A stretch of DNA of 64,000 nt from assembly GCA_964644355.1 (NCBI GenBank), contig CAZXUW010000002.1, positions 41,254 to 105,253 of the forward strand, in the 5' to 3' direction. Each line of letters opens with the position of its first letter. Positions within the stretch are counted from its first letter, which is position 1. Of the stretch, positions 29,101 to 35,908 are shown piece by piece. This stretch comes from an uncultured Bacteroides sp. (lineage in GTDB: Bacteria > Bacillota > Clostridia > Christensenellales > CAG-917). A program made the position numbers and the translations under genes. Below the pieces are notes generated by a model, which saw only the letters and a program-made list of their open reading frames with translations, did not search any database and was not told the DNA's origin.

Positions 29101-30647
29101 CTTGTTTCGTCCTGGCCAACTTTCTTCAAGATTTCTTCGGCAAAGTCATAGTATTTGTTGTATTGGTCACTTGACTCCTCATAGTAAACAGCAGTTTCGC
29201 CGTTTGCAATCATGTACGGAGAATTTTGACCGCTGATACTTGCAACGGAAAGTGCCGCAGCAAATACAGACGGAGAACCGACTGTACCGGAGTCCGGGTT
29301 GGAAGCAAGGTTTGTACCAAACGTTCCGCCGTAAGCCGCACTGTAGTCGTTGCTTGCTGCACAAACAAGGCTGATGCCTGCTTCCATAACGTTGTTGTAA
29401 ACTCTGTTGAGCATCTCACCTTCTTCATCACCGTCGTCCGTGGTTGAGAATCCGCAAGAGGTACCCAAACTCATGTTGATGACGTCAACGCCAAGAAGAA
29501 TACAATCTTCAAGAGCAGCCAAGATGTCCTCTGTTTCTGCACCGCCCAAATCGGAGTCGTCAAGGTCATCAGTGAAAACCTTGCAGATCACAAGCTGTGC
29601 TTGAGGAGCAACACCCACAAACGGCTCGTCAACTTTCTTGCCGTTTTTGTCGGTATAGCCATCAGGATCATAACCTGCGACAATACCTGCGACGTGCGTG
29701 CCGTGGTTGGAGTATGACGGATAAACGTCCGTGTCGTTATCTGAATAGTCGTAAGCGAAAGGAACTTTTTTGCTGATATACAAATCGTTGACGGAAATTT
29801 GCTTGCCGTTCAAAGCAGATTTTTCTTCAGCCATCATATTTCCGCTTGCAAGAGCGTTTGCGATAGTGCTTCTGTCAAAGACTGCCTCATCAAGAGAATA
29901 GACACTCTCGTGTTCTTCATCCCAAACGAATGCGTTGTGTGTGTAATCGAGACCTGTGTCGATGATTGCAACAACAGAGCCTGCACCCTTGTAGTCAACT
30001 TCCGAAGAATCATAAACACCCGTCTTGTAAACGCTTGTCTTGTTTGTGACAGCCATTGCGTTTTTGAGTGCTTCGTCCATTTCTTCAGAACTTGCAGAGG
30101 CATAGGAACCCATATCCACCGTTTCCGGCTTCAAATACGTTTCTGACAAAGATACGCTCTTTACGCCTGCAATACCCTTGATTGCAGAAACGTAAGCAGT
30201 GTTCACCTCGATTGCCACGGCGTTGTCAACAATCGTGTATCTGTTTTTGAGAGTGTACGCAATGCCGAGTCTGTCAAGTTGTTGCAAGAACATATCTTGT
30301 TTTTCTTTGAGAACGGATGCCTTCTTCTTGCCAACCGCAGAGTTTGCATAGTCGGACACGTTTTGTCCGCATGCCTCGTCAACAAGGTTGTTGCCATCAA
30401 GACTTACAATCACAGTGTGTTGCTTGTAAGAAGTTGTCGCCGTGCTCTCCATAACGGAAGAAGCAAGGTTCTCAAGGGCAATAGAAGAAAGATCCGTTTC
30501 ACCGGTAACGTCAGTAAAAGAGATTTGATTTGCCGATGCAACCGCCTTTGATGCGGATGTCGAGCTATCATAAATCGCCACTATGGACGAAACGCACAGT
30601 ATGAATATCAGTGTGTAACTTATGGCTTTCCTAATACCGAATTTCAA
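23175..30647 (-). CDS. giant S8 subtilisin-family cell-envelope protease with PA domain, Big_2-like domains, BspA-type LRRs and a C-terminal TM anchor
   Basis: Catalytic triad contexts VAIIDTGLDYTH, HGTHVAGIV and GTSMASPNMAG. PA insert is GNIALVKRGGITF..AGAIGIIVYNN. About 1000 aa of ~23-aa LRR_5-like repeats follow. The C-terminus is Gly/Ser/Asn-rich plus a TM helix. Start reassigned to TTG 30647, 6 nt after AAGGAGG. Confidence 0.9.
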   Translation of the reverse strand: MKFGIRKAISYTLIFILCVSSIVAIYDSSTSASKAVASANQISFTDVTGETDLSSIALENLASSVMESTATTSYKQHTVIVSLDGNNLVDEACGQNVSDYANSAVGKKKASVLKEKQDMFLQQLDRLGIAYTLKNRYTIVDNAVAIEVNTAYVSAIKGIAGVKSVSLSETYLKPETVDMGSYASASSEEMDEALKNAMAVTNKTSVYKTGVYDSSEVDYKGAGSVVAIIDTGLDYTHNAFVWDEEHESVYSLDEAVFDRSTIANALASGNMMAEEKSALNGKQISVNDLYISKKVPFAYDYSDNDTDVYPSYSNHGTHVAGIVAGYDPDGYTDKNGKKVDEPFVGVAPQAQLVICKVFTDDLDDSDLGGAETEDILAALEDCILLGVDVINMSLGTSCGFSTTDDGDEEGEMLNRVYNNVMEAGISLVCAASNDYSAAYGGTFGTNLASNPDSGTVGSPSVFAAALSVASISGQNSPYMIANGETAVYYEESSDQYNKYYDFAEEILKKVGQDETRAEFTYVSIPGTGRVTDFNNSGVKNKVKGNIALVKRGGITFKEKVENAKKAGAIGIIVYNNVSGVVRMALGEVEDPIPSCCINMEVGEVLATYASQHSRTGKIVVDKSLSAGPFMSEFSSWGVTPDLKLKPEITAHGGEITSAVPGGYGEQSGTSMASPNMAGVVSIVRGYLKAREELSQTELTQRINQLVMSTATIVMDRDTLPYSPRKQGAGLGSLANAISTNAYLYTTDASIDYRPKANLGDDPNKTGTYDVTFKIKNFGESSLSFEFNPIFMTERIASNKLAVAEQAYILDDVKPIFSVSGVGANISENILTVESGADAEITVRFTLSDAEKKYIDDSFRNGMYVEGFVNLVSKTSGQCNLNLPFLGFYGDWAKVPILDYTYQINDEGKYEKVHINDAYYIDEALADSSIDDEDKPQASSWATQPYTKYYNDRFSMPMGSFAYLQDENADRVYTTMEHNAISCFDQFYGEDNVENYLATYQFRGLYLGLMRGARKVDYCLVDEATGEVLYENTAYRVNKAYSGGGNTVPGYLKFEIDPLEYNMVSNGKYRMDFEFYCDFGDDNRTTPDDTYSFTFYCDYEAPSLREVRVRYQDYKEDNKQKQRIYLDMDVYDNHYAQAALLCYFDSNANELKQVTDYVVPFYNFVKNSTNTISIEITNIYEQYGDNLYVQFDDYALNHSVYRIDLKKAEGNATPDTFELAEGESEINLDIYQTHKVSLVYSGDANISNFTWDSENKNIADVKNGEIVGLSKGSTNIQVKSGNGEYKKIKVNVSDVERKLDLPSISFKTIVNNDDRLSASDNVSLYPDQDITLSVKTDPWYYPQSKVKLRWESTNSSIVSVDQNGKLDLIKKGKASVEAILLREDGTDSSFRATIRINVLDPFVVSGYTLTHYRGKDKSVDIPDDEMIMYIGEDAFKDNSTMEEVIIPKTVINIYEGAFRNCSALERVYLVSKVQEEIPDADLKLVYRSAFEGCSSLELLDLTNVKVITVAVNSFKNCSSLSKIKNMKAIGSAYETAFEGCTSLTSIDLTGMQVAGYGVFKNCTSINEVLTGQFTAIGDNMFEGCKSLKNVTLNNSVIGAYAFSNCKNLNSVTINGVSGENFVIEERAFSNSGLSKITFADDCNVIKIGDKAFEKTKLTTIKLPNGLTEIGVDIFAGATSLTSITLPASFDYEQIVFASGLLSGLNVKLSDESQYVIEGGVLYNKDKTTLLAVLDASVTSVTIPETVTSIYDYAFANSSVTSIVIPETVTNIGVGAFKQSKLAKIEIQGNSITEIKKDTFSYTNLIAITLPTSVKSIGDYAFAKTSLSSIDLSGVESVGDYAFSDCIQLASITFTDSLSTLGDYVFMNTTALDSITLPAVKEVGDAVFAKSAVSTVVFGDKATTIGQYTFMGLGKLKKVVLGSGIKEIDEFCFSGCSNLEEVVLGGVKQIGEYAFMNCGKLKTIDLSTIEEIAGYAFYNCNALGDIDLSSAISIGDGAFMLANEKGGIKSINLSVVEEIGIMAFYGSDITTIELPLSLNLLGYGAFAYTSKLESITIAEGNNVFFVNDGVLYRNVANGGYELILYPATKVIDNKVYTIIDNTVRVDAYAFAGIGNDKADDELGVTHVVMPYSLNNIGDSAFYESGITEYTFNSLNAPTLETVYKVEVEEIAGEYGNYMAEPSINAYYYSNFNELFVYFTTLVGQTSPLTIYHPINGVGYNNYVYSRYFGTVNKTQTVKDETTTSFLAQMEMFEAYTDALLKEWQTKAEAGDTTSYKKDVENFSNIVQEARRLYGNIKDAEQLKFIDDTLVEKLNKTELTMRAIKKSYGIKVDIKQHLAVDGSYKKEYIAGETFDPTGIVVNRIYTDGSTDVVDSANLKLLTDGPLQSYMQTVSFEDTEMGIEFIVRIYVSESSSIEGEGGNDGNQSSGGNSGEIDSNDTNNGDSSADAMIAVYVVVPIVGVAIIVVAVLLVLKKQNKLGSKKQDSDNDADCE

Positions 30648-30660
30648 TTCTAACCTCCTT

Positions 30661-30683
30661 CGACAAATCCACCCGATTTGTCG
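30661..30683 (-). promoter_or_regulatory. 5-prime UTR hairpin abutting the protease SD
   Basis: CGACAAATC-caccc-GATTTGTCG, a perfect 9-bp stem ending next to the AAGGAGG. Confidence 0.4.
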
Positions 30684-31071
30684 AACGTTTTGCTGTTGTC
30701 TATTTTTTTTGCTGAGTGAGAGTTTCACGCTCACGCACGCTCTCGCACGCATAATATGCGACTATATCATTTAGAATGCATTTTACCATGAAAAAAAATG
30801 CATGTCAAATTTATATGCACACATTTTACTTTTTAATGTTATTTTATATATAATTAAAAACGCATAAATGCATAAATATTCATTTTTTATACTTTCTATA
30901 CAATTGTTTGAAAAAACGCTTTTGAGAAAATAAAAATCCAAAATTCAAAGTCTTGTGACTTCTCTTTCCGGATTTTGAAATTGCATATATTTTTCTATTG
31001 TTTTTGACTATATTTTTTCAGCGAAAAAACGGCAATTTTTCACCGCTTTTTAATCACTTTTTCACCGCATT

Positions 31072-32367
31072 TCAATTGCAGTTTTTGATCATCAATCTGA
31101 TGATTTCCTCATCCGTTTCTCTCATGCCGTTGCGGGCAATATCACCGATATTTTCTATAGTGTTTTCAACGTTCTTTTCAAGTATTCCGTCACCGCTTTG
31201 GAATCTCTTTCCGTTGCGGCTCATCTCCATGCCCACAAGCCCTGCCTCGACGGCGGATGCTATCTTTGCCGCACAGCTTGACTTTGCTCCGTCACATATT
31301 ATGCCGGAGTCTATTGCAAGCACGTTGGAAATGGTCTGGGCAATCTGCTCTGAATCACCTCCATAGAGATAACATATGCCGGCGCCGGCTCCGCAACCTG
31401 CAGACACTGCTCCGCAATAGGCGGACAATCTGCCTATTCCGCTCTTTAGGTGTATCGTGATCAAGTCGGACAGAGCAACCGCTCTTATCGTCTTTTCTCT
31501 ATCCGCACCAAGATGCTCCGCATACACCACCACGGGCAGAGATGCCACCATACCTTGATTTCCGCTTCCGGACACAATCACAACAGGGAGATTGCAACCG
31601 TTCATTCTCGCATCCGAGCCACCTGCCGCAAGTGCCTTTGCCCTTGTGTGCACGTCGTTTCCAAAAGATGACAACAACACTTTGCCCACGGACGCACCGT
31701 AGTCGTTTTTGAGCCCTTCTTTGCCTATTGCAACATTGTATTCAATCTGTTTTCCGACCGTCTTTTCGAGGTCTTTTACGTCAACGTTTTGTATAAATTC
31801 AACGATATTTTTCACAGAAAGCGTACTTCTGTCGGCACATTCCGTTTGATTGCGGTATACGTCAAACTCCTTGCACTCACCAACGCTGTCAAACAAAATC
31901 TCTCCGTTGTGCTCCACTCTCACAACGTTTGTGTGATAGCCCACAATTCTTGCAAAAGCCTCGTCGTTTTGTGAGAAAAGCCTTATTGCAATATCAAAAA
32001 TTTCGCCTGATTTCGACTTCTCGATCTTAAACTCGCACTCGCGCAAAAACTTCTCTATTTCGACAATATCTGCGTCTTTTATCTCTGCCAAAACTTCAAG
32101 TTTCTTTTCTGCCTTTCCGGCAACAATACCTGCAGACACCGCAGATGCAATGCCTCTCAATCCTCCGGTGTTTGGCACGACAACGCTCTTGACGTTTTTC
32201 AAGATGTTTCCGCTGACGGATATTTCCGCCCTTTGTGGCACGCCCTTCAAAACGTCTCTTGCCAATGCGGAGGCATATGCCACGGCAATAGGCTCCGTAC
32301 ACCCCATTGCAGGGAGCAATTCTTCTTCAAGTATTTTGAGATAATTTTGACAAATAGACTTTTCCAT
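31072..32367 (-). CDS. UPF0597 / serine-dehydratase-alpha-like protein (L-cysteine desulfidase family)
   Basis: N-terminal LPAMGCTEPIAVAYA motif and Gly-rich SGSGNQG / GAVSAGCGAG segments typical of the YhaM/CdsB-like family. ATG 32367 chosen; the ORF-track start is a TTG without an RBS. Confidence 0.75.
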   Translation of the reverse strand: MEKSICQNYLKILEEELLPAMGCTEPIAVAYASALARDVLKGVPQRAEISVSGNILKNVKSVVVPNTGGLRGIASAVSAGIVAGKAEKKLEVLAEIKDADIVEIEKFLRECEFKIEKSKSGEIFDIAIRLFSQNDEAFARIVGYHTNVVRVEHNGEILFDSVGECKEFDVYRNQTECADRSTLSVKNIVEFIQNVDVKDLEKTVGKQIEYNVAIGKEGLKNDYGASVGKVLLSSFGNDVHTRAKALAAGGSDARMNGCNLPVVIVSGSGNQGMVASLPVVVYAEHLGADREKTIRAVALSDLITIHLKSGIGRLSAYCGAVSAGCGAGAGICYLYGGDSEQIAQTISNVLAIDSGIICDGAKSSCAAKIASAVEAGLVGMEMSRNGKRFQSGDGILEKNVENTIENIGDIARNGMRETDEEIIRLMIKNCN

Positions 32368-32473
32368 TGACACTTCTCTTATGTTTTTTTGCAAGTGCTT
32401 CGACCGCAAGCATCGATCATTTTATCATTTTATCCGCCAGCTTGTCAATAGATAGCCGTTAAAAGCAAAACAC

Positions 32474-32502
32474 TTGACGACAAATATACTTTGATATATA
32501 AT
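32474..32502 (+). promoter_or_regulatory. near-consensus sigma-A promoter of the redox trio
   Basis: TTGACG, a 17-nt spacer, then TATAAT. Confidence 0.6.
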
Positions 32503-32574
32503 TTAGCTTAGTACGGCGTGCAGGCGAGCATACGCACATACGTTCACGTACCATATTATATTGGGAGACAGCAC

Positions 32575-33417
32575 ATGAGTGAAAAACAACGGAAAATTCT
32601 TCGTTTGGTGTACGGCATCATATTGAGCGTTTTGACAATAGCGTCGGGCGTTCTTCTTATCGTGCAATCTCAGCGAGTTTATCACTCTCCCGGCGGATAT
32701 TCTCGTGAAATAGTGGGTGAATATCTCTCTCAAATTGCCCCCGTACTTTACGTTTGGATAGCATTTGTGGCAATTGGAGCAATCCTTTGGCAAATCTTCC
32801 CTATCCAACCTCAAAAATTGCGTGCAACGATATATCAGACAAACACTCTCAAGAAGTTGCAACGCCGTTTCCCTGGCTTGGAAAGTGAGAAATTACGCCG
32901 TGCAAGAATAATCAAAACAGTGGTGTTTTGCGCAACGATAGCATTTATAATCTTGGCTATCGTCATGGTGGGCATCGTCGTGCTTGACAGTGACAATTAC
33001 CGTCCTGCGGGAAACGGCTTTGATCCCATGCAAGATATGCTCGATATGCTCCCTCACTTCTTGCCGTGGGTTGCATCGGCGTTTGTGTTGCTTATTTGCG
33101 TGACAATCTATTTCGAGCTTTCGGCAAAACGTGAAGTTCAAGAGATGAAACGTCTCATCGCAGAGGCAAAAAACAATGCGAATGCATCACCTATAAACAC
33201 ACAAAATGACAAAGTTTCCCTTTGGGAAAAGATATATAGCAAAATACCCGATGTTCTCAAAACACAGCGTTTCAAGAAGTATTCACTGCTTGCAACAAGG
33301 ATCTCCCTTGCCGTGCTTGCGGTTGCGTTGTTTGTTGTGGGCATCATCAACGGCGGTCTTGCCGCAGTGCTTGAAAAAGCCGTCAATATTTGCAGAGAAT
33401 GTATAGGATTGGGTTGA
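32575..33417 (+). CDS. polytopic membrane protein ending in a CxxC motif
   Basis: About 5 TM helices. The C-terminus ...AVLEKAVNICRECIGLG carries CREC 5 residues from the end. GGGAGA RBS. The stop is 4 nt before the next ATG. Confidence 0.7.
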   Translation: MSEKQRKILRLVYGIILSVLTIASGVLLIVQSQRVYHSPGGYSREIVGEYLSQIAPVLYVWIAFVAIGAILWQIFPIQPQKLRATIYQTNTLKKLQRRFPGLESEKLRRARIIKTVVFCATIAFIILAIVMVGIVVLDSDNYRPAGNGFDPMQDMLDMLPHFLPWVASAFVLLICVTIYFELSAKREVQEMKRLIAEAKNNANASPINTQNDKVSLWEKIYSKIPDVLKTQRFKKYSLLATRISLAVLAVALFVVGIINGGLAAVLEKAVNICRECIGLG

Positions 33418-33421
33418 TAAT

Positions 33422-34435
33422 ATGAAATCTGTTGAAATGAAAGAAAACTTCAAAAAATACACCTCCTCTGCATGGCAGTGGCTCAAAAACCATGCCCCCA
33501 GCAAGCGTAGAATCATTCAAGTCTACGCCATGCTCTTGTACAACTGCAATTTCAAGGGCTTCAAGACGGGCAAAATCTACACCGGTGGCACCAAAGCAAT
33601 GTGCGTACCCGGTCTCAACTGCTACTCCTGCCCCGGTGCGATTGGAGCGTGCCCTCTCGGCTCCCTCCAAAACGCTTTGACGGAGTCAAATCACAGACTT
33701 CCAGCCTACATATTCGGCATCCTCATCATGTTTGGGCTTCTATTGGGACGCACGATATGCGGATGGCTCTGCCCTATGGGACTCATCCAAGAGTGGCTAC
33801 ACAAAATCAAGACGCCAAAAATCCAAAAAAGCAAAGTTACAAGGGTTCTTTCCTACCTCAAGTATTTCATTCTTGCCGTGTTTGTCATCATAATCCCCTT
33901 GATGTACACGACGGGCGTTCCCGCATTCTGCAAGTACATTTGCCCAAACGGCACTTTGCTTGGCGGTATTATGCTTTTGATCAACCCAAACAACGCAGAT
34001 CAATTTGCCTCAATAGGTCCTTATTTCACTTGGAAATTCCTTGTGCTTATGATCATTATCGTGGCAAGCGTGTTCATATACCGCTTCTTCTGTCGTTTTC
34101 TCTGCCCTCTCGGTGCGATATACGGCTTTTTCTCAAAGGTCGCGTTGCTTGGCATCAAACTGGACAAGACCAAGTGTACGGACTGCGGATTGTGCATTTC
34201 AGTGTGTCAAATGGACATCAAACACGTCGGTGATCACGAGTGCATACAGTGCGGAGCTTGCGTGAGCGTATGCCCTGCAAAGGCAATCAGCTGGAAAGGT
34301 TCCAACCTCATTTTGAGAGGCAATGACATAGAAACACCTGTTGCGCCGACAAAAATCGACCTTATCGCAATGGCAAACAATGCAAATCTCAGCCGTAAAA
34401 GCGGTGAAAATACCGACAAGGAGCAAGAGCAATGA
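33422..34435 (+). CDS. integral-membrane 4Fe-4S ferredoxin-type protein (NapH/YccM-like)
   Basis: Motifs NCYSCPGAIGACPLG, CGWLCPMG, CRFLCPLG, CTDCGLCISVCQ and CIQCGACVSVCP, interleaved with TM helices. Confidence 0.85.
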   Translation: MKSVEMKENFKKYTSSAWQWLKNHAPSKRRIIQVYAMLLYNCNFKGFKTGKIYTGGTKAMCVPGLNCYSCPGAIGACPLGSLQNALTESNHRLPAYIFGILIMFGLLLGRTICGWLCPMGLIQEWLHKIKTPKIQKSKVTRVLSYLKYFILAVFVIIIPLMYTTGVPAFCKYICPNGTLLGGIMLLINPNNADQFASIGPYFTWKFLVLMIIIVASVFIYRFFCRFLCPLGAIYGFFSKVALLGIKLDKTKCTDCGLCISVCQMDIKHVGDHECIQCGACVSVCPAKAISWKGSNLILRGNDIETPVAPTKIDLIAMANNANLSRKSGENTDKEQEQ

Positions 34436-35004
34436 ACAGAGCTGAATTGATAAAAATTGCAACGATAGCCGGCTGTTGTGCACTTGCCCTCATACTTGTT
34501 ATTGCCATTGTTTACGTCAATTTCATCTACAAAGAAGTGGCGGTTGAGGGATACAAAATAGGCGAAAAATGCCCTGATTTTGAGCTTTCTGCATACAAAA
34601 CGGCAGGCAATCCCAACGGCGAAACATTCTCATCTGCCAACGCAAAAGGCAAGGTGCTTGTCATCAACTTCTGGTATATAAACTGTGGCGGTTGCGTGGC
34701 GGAACTTCCCCACTTCAACGAAGTGCAACAAGAGTATAGCGAGGACGTCGAAATCATAGTTGTGCATGCACACAATATCGACACTCGCCTTGACAAACAA
34801 GAGAACATCGAAAGGCTTGGATTTGGTGATTATGTGCTCAATTTTGTGCAAGACACCGAAGAGTTGAACTTGTACAAAAAGCTTGGCGGTGACGGCAACT
34901 TCCCAATAACCATTGTGCTTGACAAACAGGGTGTTATCCAATCCGTAAACATCGGCTCGATGAGCAAAGAAAAGCTTGTGGAAGAAGTGGAAAAATATCT
35001 GTAA
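34432..35004 (+). CDS. membrane-anchored TlpA/ResA-like thioredoxin-fold protein
   Basis: N-terminal TM anchor, then VLVINFWYINCGGCVAELP (CxxC in a thioredoxin context). ATGA overlap with the upstream gene. Confidence 0.85.
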   Translation: MNRAELIKIATIAGCCALALILVIAIVYVNFIYKEVAVEGYKIGEKCPDFELSAYKTAGNPNGETFSSANAKGKVLVINFWYINCGGCVAELPHFNEVQQEYSEDVEIIVVHAHNIDTRLDKQENIERLGFGDYVLNFVQDTEELNLYKKLGGDGNFPITIVLDKQGVIQSVNIGSMSKEKLVEEVEKYL

Positions 35005-35180
35005 ATACTGGGCAAAACCGCAGTTGAAACTCCTTTGCTAGCAAGCAAAAAAGACGCACAAAACGACATCGTTTTGTCAGCTACTTTGCGGATATCAAAG
35101 CTCCCCCTACACTCTTGCAAAAAGTGCAGAAAAGGCACAAAACGTCCCAAATCTTAACAAAAACAATACATTGAATACAA

Positions 35181-35214
35181 AAAGCACACCATCAAACGAT
35201 AGTGTGCTTTTTTA
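35181..35214. terminator. bidirectional intrinsic terminator
   Basis: AAAGCACAC...GTGTGCTTT stem with flanking A run and T run, between convergent genes. Confidence 0.75.
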
Positions 35215-35227
35215 TGTTGTTTTGAGC

Positions 35228-35638
35228 TTATTTTGTCACTTCCAAGATGTAATCTTTTTGATCAACGCTTGTATAATGTTCTCCATTAAAAGCAAGAGTT
35301 CCTCCTGTTTCGCTTAGCAAATGGATTTCATACACACCGGCAGATACAGATGGCATGCCGTCTTCAGTGAATACAACAACACCGTATTCATCGGTCGTTA
35401 CGGGCATTCTGCAATCGGTCACGTTGCCATCCTCATCAATCGAACAAAGTTGCACTTGCACTTGAAGAGCAGCATGGCCGTCAGAACCTACAACAAAAAA
35501 CTTGTAGGTGTAATCTTCATTTTCGCCTGGATTTGTGTCGTTATTTGAATCGTCTCCGCAAGCAACCAACAAGCCTACGCAAGCAATAAGTGTTATCACA
35601 ACTGCAACAGCAGTCAAAGTTTTAAGAAATTTGTTCAT
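35228..35638 (-). CDS. small lipoprotein with a prealbumin/CarboxypepD_reg-like beta-sandwich
   Basis: Lipobox LVAC, GGAGG RBS at ATG 35638. It shares the pattern Y.v.V....G.p..gV.VqL......TdedG.a with N-terminal modules of the next gene. Confidence 0.7.
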   Translation of the reverse strand: MNKFLKTLTAVAVVITLIACVGLLVACGDDSNNDTNPGENEDYTYKFFVVGSDGHAALQVQVQLCSIDEDGNVTDCRMPVTTDEYGVVVFTEDGMPSVSAGVYEIHLLSETGGTLAFNGEHYTSVDQKDYILEVTK

Positions 35639-35841
35639 ACAGAACCTCCATATATTCATCGCAAAACATCTTAACACACGTTTTCGAGAAAATCAATTAA
35701 AATATTAACAAATTAATTTTTATGCATAAATATTTAATTTTTATACATTTTTGAATAAAGATGAGTGCAGAGCCCTACCGCAATTATTCATTATTACCCC
35801 ACCCCACTCAATCTGCCACAGGTGAATATAACACGAGGCAT

Positions 35842-35884
35842 AAGAAAGAGCCTCCCGACGGACAGTGTGTCCGTGCGGAAGGCC
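35842..35884 (-). terminator. probable terminator or attenuator after the thioredoxin-lipoprotein gene
   Basis: Imperfect GC-rich hairpin CCTTCCGCACGGACA/TGTCCGTCGGGAGG followed by CUCUUUCUU on the minus transcript. Confidence 0.5.
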
Positions 35885-35908
35885 CTGATCATAATTGCTA
35901 TTTGTGCA

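Noticed and set aside
30998-31366. 122-aa plus-strand ORF at the 3-prime end of the cysteine-desulfidase-like gene
   Set aside because: It is antisense to a well-supported gene, has a Phe/Ser/Leu-rich translation, and shows no start signals.
35056-35150. A/C-rich spacer after the TlpA gene, with GCACAAAACG twice and an 8-bp hairpin (ACAAAACG-acat-CGTTTTGT)
   Set aside because: It is short, and the evidence for any function beyond a weak terminator or stabiliser is thin. I note its resemblance to the 9466-9776 spacer, but it is not strong enough to stand alone.
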